64,000 nucleotides of DNA, from NCBI GenBank assembly GCA_050952645.1, contig JBMNLI010000017.1:96001-160000 (forward strand), given 5' to 3'. The notes under the pieces were generated by a model. That model was not told the origin of the DNA. It did no database searches and saw only the letters and a program-made list of their open reading frames with translations. This stretch comes from Bdellovibrionota bacterium (GTDB taxonomy: Bacteria; Bdellovibrionota_C; UBA2361; CAKMMH01). Position 1 is the stretch's first letter. Every line of letters begins with the position of its first letter. Of the stretch, positions 29,770 to 40,433 are shown in pieces. Both the position numbers and the translations under genes were made by a program.

Positions 29770-30702
29770 TTACAGCACTTCTCTTAGCACCCAACTAGGA
29801 GCTAAGTCCTTAGGGGCTTTTACAGTAATTAAATTTTGCATTTTATCTTTAAACTCTAATTTAAAACATACTAAGCATAGCTCATCGTTTATTTTACCAT
29901 TATAAAAATTATCTCCAATTATCGGAAACCCAAGCGAACTTATATGAACTCTTATTTGGTGAGTTCTCCCCGTTATAGGACGAGCAATAAGCGTTGTCGT
30001 GTCTTCTTCTTTATCTTTTTTTAAAACTGTAAAAATAGTTCTAGCAGGTTTTCCCCCATCTAGCGAGGATATCCTTAAAACTCTATGCTCGCTACTTTTA
30101 TCTATACAAAAATTACAATCGTATTCATCAAATGGAACGCTCCCTTTTACTTTTAATATATAATATTTTTGAATATTTTTTTGCTCGAAAAGTTTTTGCA
30201 CAAACTTATGTTCACTTTCTTTATAGCTTCCTATAACGAGTCCTGCGGTAGAGGTATCTAAACGACTAGGAAGGTGAACTTTAGAGTGATAATAGTTTTC
30301 TAAATAAGTTCTTAAGTTAAAATGAAACTGTTCTTTAGTTGGCAACGTTGGAAGTTTTCTTGGTTTATAATATACGACTATACCATCTTTTTCATATACT
30401 ATATTTTTTTTATCGAATTTGGGAAAAAAATCTTTTGCATTCTCTACATCATACTTAGGTTCGTAGTATTCTACATTACAAGGAGCAGTTATTTCATCTT
30501 TTATATTTGCACAAAGACCATTTACGAAAACACCACCTAGAAAAAATCTTTTTTCCCATGAACTAGGGGCGATATGTGGCAAGGCTTCAACTAGGTAATC
30601 GACTAACTTAACATTAGAGCGATCTAAATTTTGGAAAAAATGGTGTTTACTAGTAAAAGTGCTTTGCACTCTTTCTAAATCTAGAACACTATTGTTTATC
30701 AT
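29770..30702 (-). CDS. RluA-family pseudouridine synthase
   Basis: YKPRKLPT, SRLDTSTAGLV (catalytic Asp), TGRTHQIRVH, PIIGD..Y; start may lie further upstream (30753). Confidence 0.92.
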   Translation of the reverse strand: MINNSVLDLERVQSTFTSKHHFFQNLDRSNVKLVDYLVEALPHIAPSSWEKRFFLGGVFVNGLCANIKDEITAPCNVEYYEPKYDVENAKDFFPKFDKKNIVYEKDGIVVYYKPRKLPTLPTKEQFHFNLRTYLENYYHSKVHLPSRLDTSTAGLVIGSYKESEHKFVQKLFEQKNIQKYYILKVKGSVPFDEYDCNFCIDKSSEHRVLRISSLDGGKPARTIFTVLKKDKEEDTTTLIARPITGRTHQIRVHISSLGFPIIGDNFYNGKINDELCLVCFKLEFKDKMQNLITVKAPKDLAPSWVLREVL

Positions 30703-31408
30703 TTTTTCTTTTTGCTTCTCTTTCAACTCTAACTCTACGTAATTTATGGGCATCTAAATTCTTTATTGCTATTTTTATATGCGATAATCTTATAAGTAGC
30801 TCTTCGCTTTCTAAATTAGCACTTAGTGGCTTATCATGCACTAGACCAAAATATTTTTCAAGATTACCTAGCACGTATATCATATTTTCAGATAGCAACG
30901 ATTTTATTTCATTTTCTAATATAACCTGTCTTTTTTTTCTAGTTGCAATTAGCTCTTTTAGTGCAGATTCTTGCCCAGATAGTAATGTAATATTAGCTTT
31001 TTCGTGCGGACAAAAAGGCAAATCTTTTTCATCATATAAATATTTTGCTATCGGCTTTAAAGTGCTATATATTTTTTTGCCGTTTGTATCCTCTAGCACT
31101 GCTCCTACTAGGCTTGCGCTATTTTCTTTAGCATTAGAAACGTTTATTAAGACTGAAACTGTATTAACATTTTTAGAAAAATCTACTTTTTCTATAAAAT
31201 CTATTTTGCCTTTCTTGACGATTACTCCCTTAGTAGATTTAATATCTTCTATATCTAGAGCATTCACAGGAATGCTTATGCGTATTACTTCCGAGTAAGA
31301 GACGCTTGCAAATAACACCAGGCATAACATCATGCAAAACACCATGCAAAACGCCTTACTTAAAAATGTGTTTAAAAATGTTGTCGTTAAAAATTTAATT
31401 TTCTTCAT
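30689..31408 (-). CDS. Hypothetical exported protein
   Basis: Signal peptide, coiled-coil C-terminus, overlaps neighbours in an operon. Confidence 0.75.
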   Translation of the reverse strand: MKKIKFLTTTFLNTFLSKAFCMVFCMMLCLVLFASVSYSEVIRISIPVNALDIEDIKSTKGVIVKKGKIDFIEKVDFSKNVNTVSVLINVSNAKENSASLVGAVLEDTNGKKIYSTLKPIAKYLYDEKDLPFCPHEKANITLLSGQESALKELIATRKKRQVILENEIKSLLSENMIYVLGNLEKYFGLVHDKPLSANLESEELLIRLSHIKIAIKNLDAHKLRRVRVEREAKRKNDKQ

Positions 31409-31940
31409 TTTCTGCTACTATTTTTTTATTATACCATTTTAAAAGATTATAAATCTCATCCATTACTTTTGCTTTTCTTTCTTCTATATTAGCTTCCTCA
31501 AAAGTTTTTTGCAGAGGATCGTTTAAGCTTTCTTTAGAAACTTCTACAGGAAACTCGCAAAGTCTATTTGCTACATATTTTCTAGTCATCATTCTTTTAG
31601 TTTGATTCGGGTCTTCAACTATGAAAGCATAGCTTAATGTTTTTTTAGGATAAAAAATTTCAAAATCGTATACTGGCCTATCGAACTCATCCCAATACAC
31701 TTGGTTTGATGGCACATCTACGGCCATGCCATCTATTACGGCTATTAGCCTTACTTTATTATTTACATTTCTAGTCCCATTTAATTTAGCAGTTAGAGTA
31801 AATGGAAGCCCAGCGGCTTGAAACCCCCTTACATCTGGCACATTATGAAATATATCTTTTGCGCTAGCACAAAAGGCATTTTCAAATGAAAGCATAATTA
31901 AAAATAAAAAAATGGTTGTTAAGCAAAATATTTTCTTCAT
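31395..31940 (-). CDS. Hypothetical exported protein
   Basis: Signal peptide; operon context. Confidence 0.75.
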   Translation of the reverse strand: MKKIFCLTTIFLFLIMLSFENAFCASAKDIFHNVPDVRGFQAAGLPFTLTAKLNGTRNVNNKVRLIAVIDGMAVDVPSNQVYWDEFDRPVYDFEIFYPKKTLSYAFIVEDPNQTKRMMTRKYVANRLCEFPVEVSKESLNDPLQKTFEEANIEERKAKVMDEIYNLLKWYNKKIVAENEEN

Positions 31941-32009
31941 ACTATTTAATATTATCTTTATTAAAATATCCCTATTTAAATATCTTTATTTAATATCTTT
32001 AGTTAAACG

Positions 32010-33668
32010 CTACTTTTTTCGTCTATATAATCTTAAATTCCAAGTTCCTTTTTCGCCCGTAATTTTATTTACAACGTTTCCAGTTATCACACCGTTTGAA
32101 ATAGAAGTCGCTTTAAATACTAGGATTACTCCATTAAAACGTATTTCCATTTCTTCTTTATTATTACTATTATCAAACATTACTGGCAAAAAGCCTTCGC
32201 TTTTAACTTTAAATACTATAAAATTATCTTTAACGCTAATAACGAAACCGACTTTATCAAAAATTATTTTTTCTAATTCTCCTTCGTATAATCCATTTTC
32301 TAAATTTGGAAAAGAAAGTTTTATATCGAGCGCCTCAGTTTGAAGCTCTGAGAGTTCTTTTTCTTTATTAAATTTTTTATCAGAAGAATCATTCGGGTAA
32401 AACAACAACGCTATTGCAAAGAGTAGTATTAAAAATAAGATTATCTTTTTGCTAATTCCTCTATTTTTTTTAATGCCGTATACACTACTAATTCTTTTTT
32501 CGATATCTTCAACGCTTTCGATATCTTCATCTAACGCATCATCTATTTTAAGGTTTAATAATTCTTCTTTACTAGCTTTAGTTAGAGTCGCCTTTCTTGT
32601 ATCACGCTTGCTTGTATCACGCTTATACGTTTTGCTTTCTTTATTTTCAATATTACTTTCAATATTATTTTGAATATTATTTTTATATTTTTCATTATCG
32701 TAATCATTCTTTTTATCTTTTATGCTACGTTCTTTATCAACGTTTCGTTTATCTTGATTTAGTCTATCCTGATTTAGTTTATCCTGATTTAGTTTATCTT
32801 CATTTAGTTTATCTTTTTTAAATCTTTCACCTATTTTTTCAAACTCTTCTTCAAATGTTGCTATATTTTCTAAATGATCTTTAGTAAGACGTCTTGAAGC
32901 TTCAAGGCTTATAGGGTTTCTAGCGTTTAAAAAATCGAGCACTTCGCCTGCACTTTCGAAGCGTTCATTTTTATTTGGCATAACCATTTTTTTTATACAA
33001 AAAGAGAGCTTTTTATTTTTTATTAAATCTGTATTTAAAGATTTACTATGAGTAAACAAGTAAAAAAACGTTGCACCTAGTGAATATATATCTGATGTAA
33101 AATCTATTTTGCCATTATTAAAATATTCTGGAGCTACAAAGTCTTTTTTTTCTATTCCTATTTTTAATAGATTTTTATCTATATCATTAGTAATTTCACT
33201 TAATCCAAAGTCGCCTAGTTTAACTACATCATCTTCAAAAACTAAAATATTTTCTGGGCATATATCTCTATGAATAAAGCCTATTTTATGGATAAAATCT
33301 AGTACCTCTAATATTTTGATTAAGTATTTTTCTCCTTTTCTGTATTCTAAAACGTTTCCTTTCAGAAATTTTGAGATATCATTATACTTAGCGTATTCCA
33401 TCACTAAATAACAAAGGTTATCTAGCACTTGAAAATCTTCTAATTTTACTACGCTTTCGTGTCTGCATGAAACTAGAGATAGAGATTCTTTGCGAAGGAG
33501 TTCTTTATTGATAGCAGTTTGTTTTCCTACTAAAACTTTTATTGCTACATCTAAATTCTTCTCTAATAATTTAGCGTGATAGACTACGCTACTTCGTCCT
33601 TTTCCGACTATTTCAAAAATTTCGTATTTCTGATCAAAAATTTTTCTTTGATTATTACTATTATTCAT
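32010..33668 (-). CDS. Membrane-anchored Ser/Thr protein kinase
   Basis: GKGRSSVVY, VAIK, HRDICPEN, DFG, APE, SDIYSLG; TM segment near residue 410. Confidence 0.92.
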   Translation of the reverse strand: MNNSNNQRKIFDQKYEIFEIVGKGRSSVVYHAKLLEKNLDVAIKVLVGKQTAINKELLRKESLSLVSCRHESVVKLEDFQVLDNLCYLVMEYAKYNDISKFLKGNVLEYRKGEKYLIKILEVLDFIHKIGFIHRDICPENILVFEDDVVKLGDFGLSEITNDIDKNLLKIGIEKKDFVAPEYFNNGKIDFTSDIYSLGATFFYLFTHSKSLNTDLIKNKKLSFCIKKMVMPNKNERFESAGEVLDFLNARNPISLEASRRLTKDHLENIATFEEEFEKIGERFKKDKLNEDKLNQDKLNQDRLNQDKRNVDKERSIKDKKNDYDNEKYKNNIQNNIESNIENKESKTYKRDTSKRDTRKATLTKASKEELLNLKIDDALDEDIESVEDIEKRISSVYGIKKNRGISKKIILFLILLFAIALLFYPNDSSDKKFNKEKELSELQTEALDIKLSFPNLENGLYEGELEKIIFDKVGFVISVKDNFIVFKVKSEGFLPVMFDNSNNKEEMEIRFNGVILVFKATSISNGVITGNVVNKITGEKGTWNLRLYRRKK

Positions 33669-34096
33669 TTAATCGATATAAAACAATTTACTAAAAAACT
33701 TTAAACTTTTATTTCCTTATATATTTTTATAACACAAGTTTATCTTATTTATACAATACTATATTCTTTTAGACGCTTTTTCAAACGTTTGAGTTGCATT
33801 AAAAAAAATTTCTCGATATTTTATCGATATTTATTGTAAAAAATTTGTAAATTACGTATTTTTTTGGTAAATTACTATTTTAGCTTATTGCTTTAGAAAT
33901 TTTTAGTTCGATAATTTGATAAATTAAAATCAAAATTCCCTAACTATCTGTAAATGCTAAAGTTCTTGTGTAAATAAAAAAATATAATTACCATATTTTA
34001 TACTGCCTCGGCTTAAGGGTTATAGGCCAAGGTTATAGGTCAAGGTTATAAGCCAAGCTTATAAGTCTAAAAAGGCATATAAGCTATGTGTTTTGC

Positions 34097-34172
34097 GTGT
34101 TGTTTTTACGTATTGTTTTTACGTATTGTTTTTACGTATTGTTTTTACGTATTGGTTTTACGTATTGGTTTT
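34097..34172. repeat. 13-bp tandem repeat (GTATTGTTTTTAC) x~6
   Basis: Directly visible. Confidence 0.9.
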
Positions 34173-34227
34173 GTATATTGGTATTATATATTGGGTATTA
34201 TATATTAGTATTTTTTGAAAAAATTTT

Positions 34228-34292
34228 GCTCCTTCACGTTTTAGGTGGGTTAGGAAAATAGGCTTTTTTGTTAGCTTAAAACTTGAAGAACG
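34228..34292 (+). mobile_element. MITE family A, 65-bp mini derivative
   Basis: Left end joined to right end at CTTAAAA; perfect 8-bp TSD AAAATTTT (34220-34227 and 34293-34300). Confidence 0.82.
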
Positions 34293-34328
34293 AAAATTTT
34301 TATTTAATTTAATTATTTTTATATTAAT

Positions 34329-36104
34329 ATGAGAAACGAAAAGATTAGAAATATAGCTATTATTGCGCATGTCGACCATGGGAAAACGACATTAGTCGAT
34401 GCGCTACTTAAGCAAGCAGGCGTTTTTAGAGATGGCGAAGAAACTAAAGACCGTCTATTAGACAGCATGGCGTTAGAAAGAGAGCGTGGCATCACCATTA
34501 CTGCTAAAAACTGTTCTTTAAATTGGAAAGGTAAAAAAATCAATATATTAGATACCCCAGGACATGCAGATTTTGGTGGGGAAGTGGAAAGAGCCTTATC
34601 TATGGTAGATGGTGCTATTTTGCTAGTAGATGCCGCTGAGGGACCTCTTCCGCAAACTAGGTTTGTAGTTCAAAAGGCGCTTGAACGTGGGCTTTCGATG
34701 ATCGTTTGTATAAATAAAATTGATAGGCAAGATGCTAGGATAAAAGAGGTTTTAGATGAAATTTATAGTTTATTTATAGATTTAGGAGCTAGCGAGGAGC
34801 AAATAGAGTTTCCAGTGCTTTTTACCGTAGGACGAGATGGAACTGCGACTCAAGATTTAAGTGTCAAGGGCAAAGATTTATCGCCTCTTTTTGAAACTAT
34901 TATAGAGTGTGTGCAAGCTCCTAGCTACGATGAAGGCAAGCATTTTCAAATGCTCGTAGCAAACATTAGTTATTCAGAATTTTTAGGTCGTTTAGCCATT
35001 GGAAAGGTTGCACATGGAACGGCAAGAGCTGGCAATGAGTTAATTTTAATAGATGAGAATAATAATAGAAATGCTTTAAAGGTAGTAAAGCTTCAATCGT
35101 ATCAAGATATTAAAATAGTTGAGACTAAAGTTGCCGAGCCAGGGGATATTATTTTGCTTTCGGGTATAGATGAGGTGACTATTGGGGATACTATCTGTAG
35201 CTTAGAGGTTAAGGAAGCACTACCTAGAATTTACGTTGAGCCACCGACTGTGGCGATGTCTTTTTCTACTAATACTTCTCCATTTTCTGGGCGAGATGGA
35301 AAATTTATTCAGGCACAAAAAATTTACGAGCGTTTAGTAAGAGAGACTTTATACAATGTATCTATTCAAGTAGAAAAAACTAATATGCCAGATACTTTTT
35401 TAGTAAAAGCTCGTGGAGAGTTGCAGCTAGTAGTTCTTATAGAAACGATGAGGCGAGAGGGCTATGAACTTTCAGTTGGGCGACCAGTAGTATTATATAA
35501 ATATGAGAATGAAAAAAAGCTTGAGCCTATAGAGCATGTAGTGGTAGATTGTGAAGATGAGTATACGGGGGTAATCACTAGCAAGCTTTCTTCTAGGAAA
35601 GGTATTTTAGTAAATATGCATAATTATGGCAAGAGAACTAGGCTTGAGTTTTCGGTTCCATCTAGGTCTTTAATTGGGTTTAGAGATACTTTTTTAACTG
35701 ACACTAAGGGAACTGGGCTTATGAGTTCTTATCTAGAGGGTTATGAGGAATATAGGGGGGATTCCGTTTCTAGGGAAAATGGCTCGTTAGTAGCGGACAG
35801 AGAGGGCATTGCGGTTGCTTATGCGATATTTCATTTAGAGCCTAGGGGAAAAATGTTTATAGTCCCAGGGGAGACTTTTTATAAAGGCATGGTTATAGGA
35901 GAGCGTGTCAAATCGGGCGACCTTGAGGTTAATCCGTCTAAGGCAAAAAAACTTACTAATTTACGAGCTGCAGGAAAGGATGAGAATGTTATTTTAACGC
36001 CAGTGCAACCTATGACTATTGAAAAGGCTATCGATTTTATTACTAATGATGAGCTAGTAGAAATTACCCCTAAAGCTATAAGAATTAGAAAGAAAGATTT
36101 ATAA
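34329..36104 (+). CDS. typA: Translational GTPase TypA/BipA
   Basis: IAHVDHGKTT, ERERGITITAKN, DTPGHADFGGEVER, RGELQL, ELVEITP. Confidence 0.97.
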   Translation: MRNEKIRNIAIIAHVDHGKTTLVDALLKQAGVFRDGEETKDRLLDSMALERERGITITAKNCSLNWKGKKINILDTPGHADFGGEVERALSMVDGAILLVDAAEGPLPQTRFVVQKALERGLSMIVCINKIDRQDARIKEVLDEIYSLFIDLGASEEQIEFPVLFTVGRDGTATQDLSVKGKDLSPLFETIIECVQAPSYDEGKHFQMLVANISYSEFLGRLAIGKVAHGTARAGNELILIDENNNRNALKVVKLQSYQDIKIVETKVAEPGDIILLSGIDEVTIGDTICSLEVKEALPRIYVEPPTVAMSFSTNTSPFSGRDGKFIQAQKIYERLVRETLYNVSIQVEKTNMPDTFLVKARGELQLVVLIETMRREGYELSVGRPVVLYKYENEKKLEPIEHVVVDCEDEYTGVITSKLSSRKGILVNMHNYGKRTRLEFSVPSRSLIGFRDTFLTDTKGTGLMSSYLEGYEEYRGDSVSRENGSLVADREGIAVAYAIFHLEPRGKMFIVPGETFYKGMVIGERVKSGDLEVNPSKAKKLTNLRAAGKDENVILTPVQPMTIEKAIDFITNDELVEITPKAIRIRKKDL

Positions 36105-36206
36105 AAAATTAAAAAAAAATGACCTTTAGTGTTTTATAAAAACGATCAAAAAATGCGATAAAAAAATACAATAAAAAAAACGATAAAAAAATAATTGAAA
36201 CACACA

Positions 36207-36249
36207 CGCTTAAGGTCAGCCTCGTTTTAAGCGAACTAACCTTAAGCGT
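36207..36249. terminator. Hairpin between convergent genes (possible bidirectional terminator)
   Basis: ACGCTTAAGGT..ACCTTAAGCGT inverted repeat. Confidence 0.5.
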
Positions 36250-36334
36250 AAAGCGTTAAGTTTCAAGGGCAACTTTTAGCTTGCCCTGCTTGTTTCCTAA
36301 TAGGACAAAAAGGAGCGTCAAGGAATATTAGGCG

Positions 36335-36727
36335 TCAAAGATAGCAAACTCTTGTAGTTGGATCTAAATCCTCAATGTATAGCCCTTTGCTACCAGAAAA
36401 TACCCCGATAACGGAATCATCGATACCTATCATCCTTACTTCCCCATCGATACCAAATTCGAGTCCGTAAATATTTCCATTCACAATAAAATCATAAAAT
36501 TTGCGGCCATAGGTACAATACCATACTCCATATTGCTTTTGATAAATTCCTCCTCTTATTATATTGAGTTTAGGAACAAGTCTAGGTGATTCCCAAAGGG
36601 GAAGAGTAATTAGGAAGTGATCCTTCGTTGCTTTTTCATCTCTTTTGCCATCGTGCGATTTGTAGCATTCTCCTTCGCTTGGGCTACTTATTTTAACAGG
36701 GAAGTATTTCTCGCACTCTACTACCAA
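36335..36727 (-). CDS. Hypothetical protein (5' end probably degraded)
   Basis: Frame stays open upstream to ~36800 without a clear start. Confidence 0.45.
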   Translation of the reverse strand: MVVECEKYFPVKISSPSEGECYKSHDGKRDEKATKDHFLITLPLWESPRLVPKLNIIRGGIYQKQYGVWYCTYGRKFYDFIVNGNIYGLEFGIDGEVRMIGIDDSVIGVFSGSKGLYIEDLDPTTRVCYL

Positions 36728-37082
36728 GCCACGTTTTATAAGTGTTCCAAGCCGGTAATTTATACCGTTAAAATTAACAATACCTTCAAGCCATCTGCAC
36801 TATCTTAGCCTTTTTTACCTTTATTGTCAGATATTGTTATGTCCTTTCTATAACCTATTGTTAAACCTCTTCTTATGCGATGCTACGCACACCAAAGCAC
36901 TTAAAAGGTCATTTAAGCCTTTTATCTTAATTAAACTACAATTTGCTTCTAATTTTTCTTATTTTTTATGAAAACTATAAAAGCAAAAAATTATTTAAAG
37001 TTTACATTAAGAACCCTATTAGTTTAAAAGATAAAGAATATTTAAGCAAATTATTTCTCCCTCTTTTAATTCTGCATCTTCT

Positions 37083-37412
37083 TTAATTCCGCATCTCATT
37101 TGTAAAATCGGTTCTGACTGAATTATATTTTTTATAAGCACTAATTAAAATCGAAAGAGATACGGCAAGCTCACAAGTAGCTACTACCATAATAATAATA
37201 CCTATTAAAGGACCCGAAACTTTATCAACGGTCGTTTCAAAACTAGGATTAAAACGCCAAAACGCCATAAAATTTATTATCGCAGAATTTAAAATAAGCT
37301 CCACGCCTATCAAAATAGAAAATACATTATTACGACTAATAATAGAAAATATACCTAAACTAGCTAAAACACCCGACAAATATAAATAATAACTTAATGG
37401 TATTACATTCAT
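37083..37412 (-). CDS. nuoK: NADH-quinone oxidoreductase subunit K
   Basis: Three TM segments, GVELILNS, ATCELAVSL; follows nuoJ. Confidence 0.9.
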   Translation of the reverse strand: MNVIPLSYYLYLSGVLASLGIFSIISRNNVFSILIGVELILNSAIINFMAFWRFNPSFETTVDKVSGPLIGIIIMVVATCELAVSLSILISAYKKYNSVRTDFTNEMRN

Positions 37413-37433
37413 ATAAACACCCCTCCCCACTTC

Positions 37434-37946
37434 CTACTTTTCTTCCTTAATCATTATCGATGCCCCAACTAAAGCAACTAAAATAAGCACGGCTGCTACC
37501 TCTAATGTTAAAAATTCATAAGATAAAAGAAACTCCCCTATACTACTTAAAATTTCATCAGATTTCTTAATAACCCTATTTTCACCTACCCAAGTAGACT
37601 TTGAAATTATAGGTATAAAAAAAATAATAAAAAATACACAAACACTAATAAACGAACTTAACTTTAACCCTATAGATGTTTCACCTTTTAGAAATTTAGG
37701 AGATAATAATAATGCGGCAAATAATAGTAATATTAAAATAGCCCCTACGTATACTATAACTTGCATAATAGCTAAAAACTCCGAATATAACATCGCATAA
37801 AGCCCAGCAATGCCAAAAAATGTAGCAAATAAACTAAATAAAGCTACCTTTATATCCGATGCTAAAACTGAAATTAACGAAGATAAAATTATCGTAAAAC
37901 TTAATATAAAAAAACATACGCTTTCTAGTGATAAAAAATCTACCAT
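37434..37946 (-). CDS. nuoJ: NADH-quinone oxidoreductase subunit J
   Basis: EFLAIMQVIVYVGAILILLLF. Confidence 0.92.
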   Translation of the reverse strand: MVDFLSLESVCFFILSFTIILSSLISVLASDIKVALFSLFATFFGIAGLYAMLYSEFLAIMQVIVYVGAILILLLFAALLLSPKFLKGETSIGLKLSSFISVCVFFIIFFIPIISKSTWVGENRVIKKSDEILSSIGEFLLSYEFLTLEVAAVLILVALVGASIMIKEEK

Positions 37947-38150
37947 ATCTCCCTTACCCCCCCTTTTTTTCCTTAGCAGATTGTCAAATTAAACTAGACA
38001 AACCCAAAAACACACCCCATAAATACCCCTAGCAGTGTTTTGTAATTTAACAATCTTTCTTTATAATCTTCTCTAATAATCTTTCTTAGCAATCTTTTTT
38101 AATATCTTTTAAATATCTTTTTAAAGATTATCAATCGTTTTTATTCTTTT

Positions 38151-38603
38151 TTAATTTTTTGTTTTAATTTCTTTTATGCTATCTCTTTTTACAAAATCGA
38201 CTAACGTATCTTCCCTCTTATCAGTGCATAAATCAAATACATCACTCAAATATATCGCCTTATGTGGACACACCTCTTCACAAAGAGAACAAAATATACA
38301 TTTTTCATAATCTATCCTATAGCTCTTTATATCAACATCTTTGCCTTTCCCCTCTGCCTCTATTTCTATACAAGAAACGGGACAATTTATTTTACAAACC
38401 CCACAAGCCGTGCACTTATTTTTATTATACTTATGAGCCCCTCTAAACGAAAGTGGAAGCTCTTCTCTTTTTTCAGGATAACATAAAGTAGTCTTTCTTT
38501 TAAAAAAATACTTAAGCGTTATCAAAAGCCCGATAACAGTAGTTTTAATACCTAAATATATATTCTCAAAATATTTTTTTATCTTCAAAATAATAAATCT
38601 CAC
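38151..38603 (-). CDS. nuoI: NADH-quinone oxidoreductase subunit I
   Basis: YPE, FRG, two CxxCxxCxxxCP motifs. Confidence 0.93.
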   Translation of the reverse strand: MRFIILKIKKYFENIYLGIKTTVIGLLITLKYFFKRKTTLCYPEKREELPLSFRGAHKYNKNKCTACGVCKINCPVSCIEIEAEGKGKDVDIKSYRIDYEKCIFCSLCEEVCPHKAIYLSDVFDLCTDKREDTLVDFVKRDSIKEIKTKN

Positions 38604-38621
38604 ATTTAAAAAATAAAAATT

Positions 38622-39815
38622 CTAAAAAAACGTAATTTGCAAAATCACACCAATAAAACAACACAAACTAATAGGTAAAAGATACTTTAAACACAAACTA
38701 GTAAGCGCATCTACTCTTAATCTTGGGAACGTCCAACGAACCCAAATCATGGTAAAATATAATAAAAAAGTTTTTATTAAAACGTTAAAGACCCCAATCA
38801 TCTCCCTTACTAAAAATAAAAAATTATTTTTAGTAAAAAGCTTTAAAATAAAATCTTTAAGCGTTTCACTAGCAAAAAACATATCCTTAATAGATACTAA
38901 CTCTAAATTTCTTAAAAACTCACCCTCAGGTATAGGATATTTAAATCCGCCTAAAAATAACATTACCGCAAAAGCACTCACTACATACATTGCAGCATAT
39001 TCTGCCATAAAGAAAAAAGCAAACTTCATCGCAGTATATTCAGCATGAAAACCAGCCGTAAGTTCGCTTTCAGCTTCTGGCAAATCGAACGGCGCTCTTC
39101 TTGCACAAGCTAAACCACAAATAAAAAAAACTATAAATAGTATAAATAAAAAAGGAGACCTAAATATCGTTAAACTAAAAATACCATTTTCTGCTTGCCA
39201 AAAAGTAAGCTTATTAAAATTCATCGTGCCTGCCATAATGGCTACCGACAATACACACAAGCCTAAAGGAATTTCATAAGATAAAATTTGAGATACAGCT
39301 CTAATGCCACCATAAAGAGACCACTTGCTCTTGCTAGCATACCCAGCCATTAAAAGCCCTATAACCTCTATACTTTCAAAAGCAAGTATATAAATTAAAG
39401 CTAAACTCATCGAGGTCGCCTTAAAATATTCACTAAAAGGTAGCACAGCAAAAGGAAAAAGAACTCCAGTGAAAACAACCATAGGAGCTAGAACAAACAA
39501 TACCTTATGCACTCCCTTAGGATATATAGACTCTTTAAATAATAACTTTACCCCATCTGCAACGGGCTGGAATAGCCCAAAATACCCCGTTCTATTAGGC
39601 CCTAAACGACTTTGAATAAATCCTGCTACCCTTCTTTCTAGATACGTTCCAACGATTGCCATAAAACACATCCAAGAGATGGCTATAACGGCAAGCATTG
39701 AAAATAATATAGCGTAGGCTACCCAATGATACTTTCCTAGAAAAAAACTTTTAAATATATCTAGATTTATATTAGCAGGATTTAAATAAAATATTATATC
39801 ATTTAAAAAACTCAT
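38622..39815 (-). CDS. nuoH: NADH-quinone oxidoreductase subunit H
   Basis: ERRVAGFIQSRLGPNR, ADGVKLLFKE, RAPFDLPEAESEL..GF..EY, RWTFPRLR.D. Confidence 0.96.
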   Translation of the reverse strand: MSFLNDIIFYLNPANINLDIFKSFFLGKYHWVAYAILFSMLAVIAISWMCFMAIVGTYLERRVAGFIQSRLGPNRTGYFGLFQPVADGVKLLFKESIYPKGVHKVLFVLAPMVVFTGVLFPFAVLPFSEYFKATSMSLALIYILAFESIEVIGLLMAGYASKSKWSLYGGIRAVSQILSYEIPLGLCVLSVAIMAGTMNFNKLTFWQAENGIFSLTIFRSPFLFILFIVFFICGLACARRAPFDLPEAESELTAGFHAEYTAMKFAFFFMAEYAAMYVVSAFAVMLFLGGFKYPIPEGEFLRNLELVSIKDMFFASETLKDFILKLFTKNNFLFLVREMIGVFNVLIKTFLLYFTMIWVRWTFPRLRVDALTSLCLKYLLPISLCCFIGVILQITFF

Positions 39816-39940
39816 AAAATTTATGCAATTTAATGCTTAAAAAAAATTTAATGCTTAAAATTTTATACAAAAATAATACATATATAAAAAATATATTAAA
39901 TAAAAAAGATTAGATAAAAACTTAAAATAAAATTTTTAAA

Positions 39941-40276
39941 CTAGTTATTTTTCGTATCGTCCTTATCTCTATCATTATCCTTACTGCTATCTTTATTATC
40001 AAATTTCCTATCAAAACTATCTTCAAAAATAATCGCTTCATCATCATCAAAGCTTACTGCATCTTTAGGAGATAAAAAATAAAGCACTAAAGCACAAACT
40101 ACTAATAAAAATAGAACTGAAAGAACTATCTTCCATAGTAGCGTGCAAACGATACCTAATACGACACCACCAGTTAAAAGCTTCCACCCTTCTTGAACTT
40201 TTATAGTTTCTGCTAAACTGTTATTCCAACTTTGAACCATTTCCCTTAATTCAGCTTGAGTTTTTTTTAACTTCAT
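39941..40276 (-). CDS. Small hypothetical membrane protein
   Basis: Two hydrophobic segments, acidic tail. Confidence 0.7.
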   Translation of the reverse strand: MKLKKTQAELREMVQSWNNSLAETIKVQEGWKLLTGGVVLGIVCTLLWKIVLSVLFLLVVCALVLYFLSPKDAVSFDDDEAIIFEDSFDRKFDNKDSSKDNDRDKDDTKNN

Positions 40277-40433
40277 ATTTTACTCCCTTTGTACAAATAG
40301 AGTTCTTCTAAAAATTTTAAATTTAAAACGTAAAAAGATTTTTTTATATTTTATAACATTATAGCAGTTTTTATAAGCCTTTATTTTATAAAATACTTGA
40401 TTTACATTACTATTTTAAATATTATTTTTCTTT

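Noticed and set aside
34097..34172. Short repeat arrays (also 1314-1375) as CRISPR or iterons
   Set aside because: Head-to-tail units without spacers; no cas or rep gene nearby.
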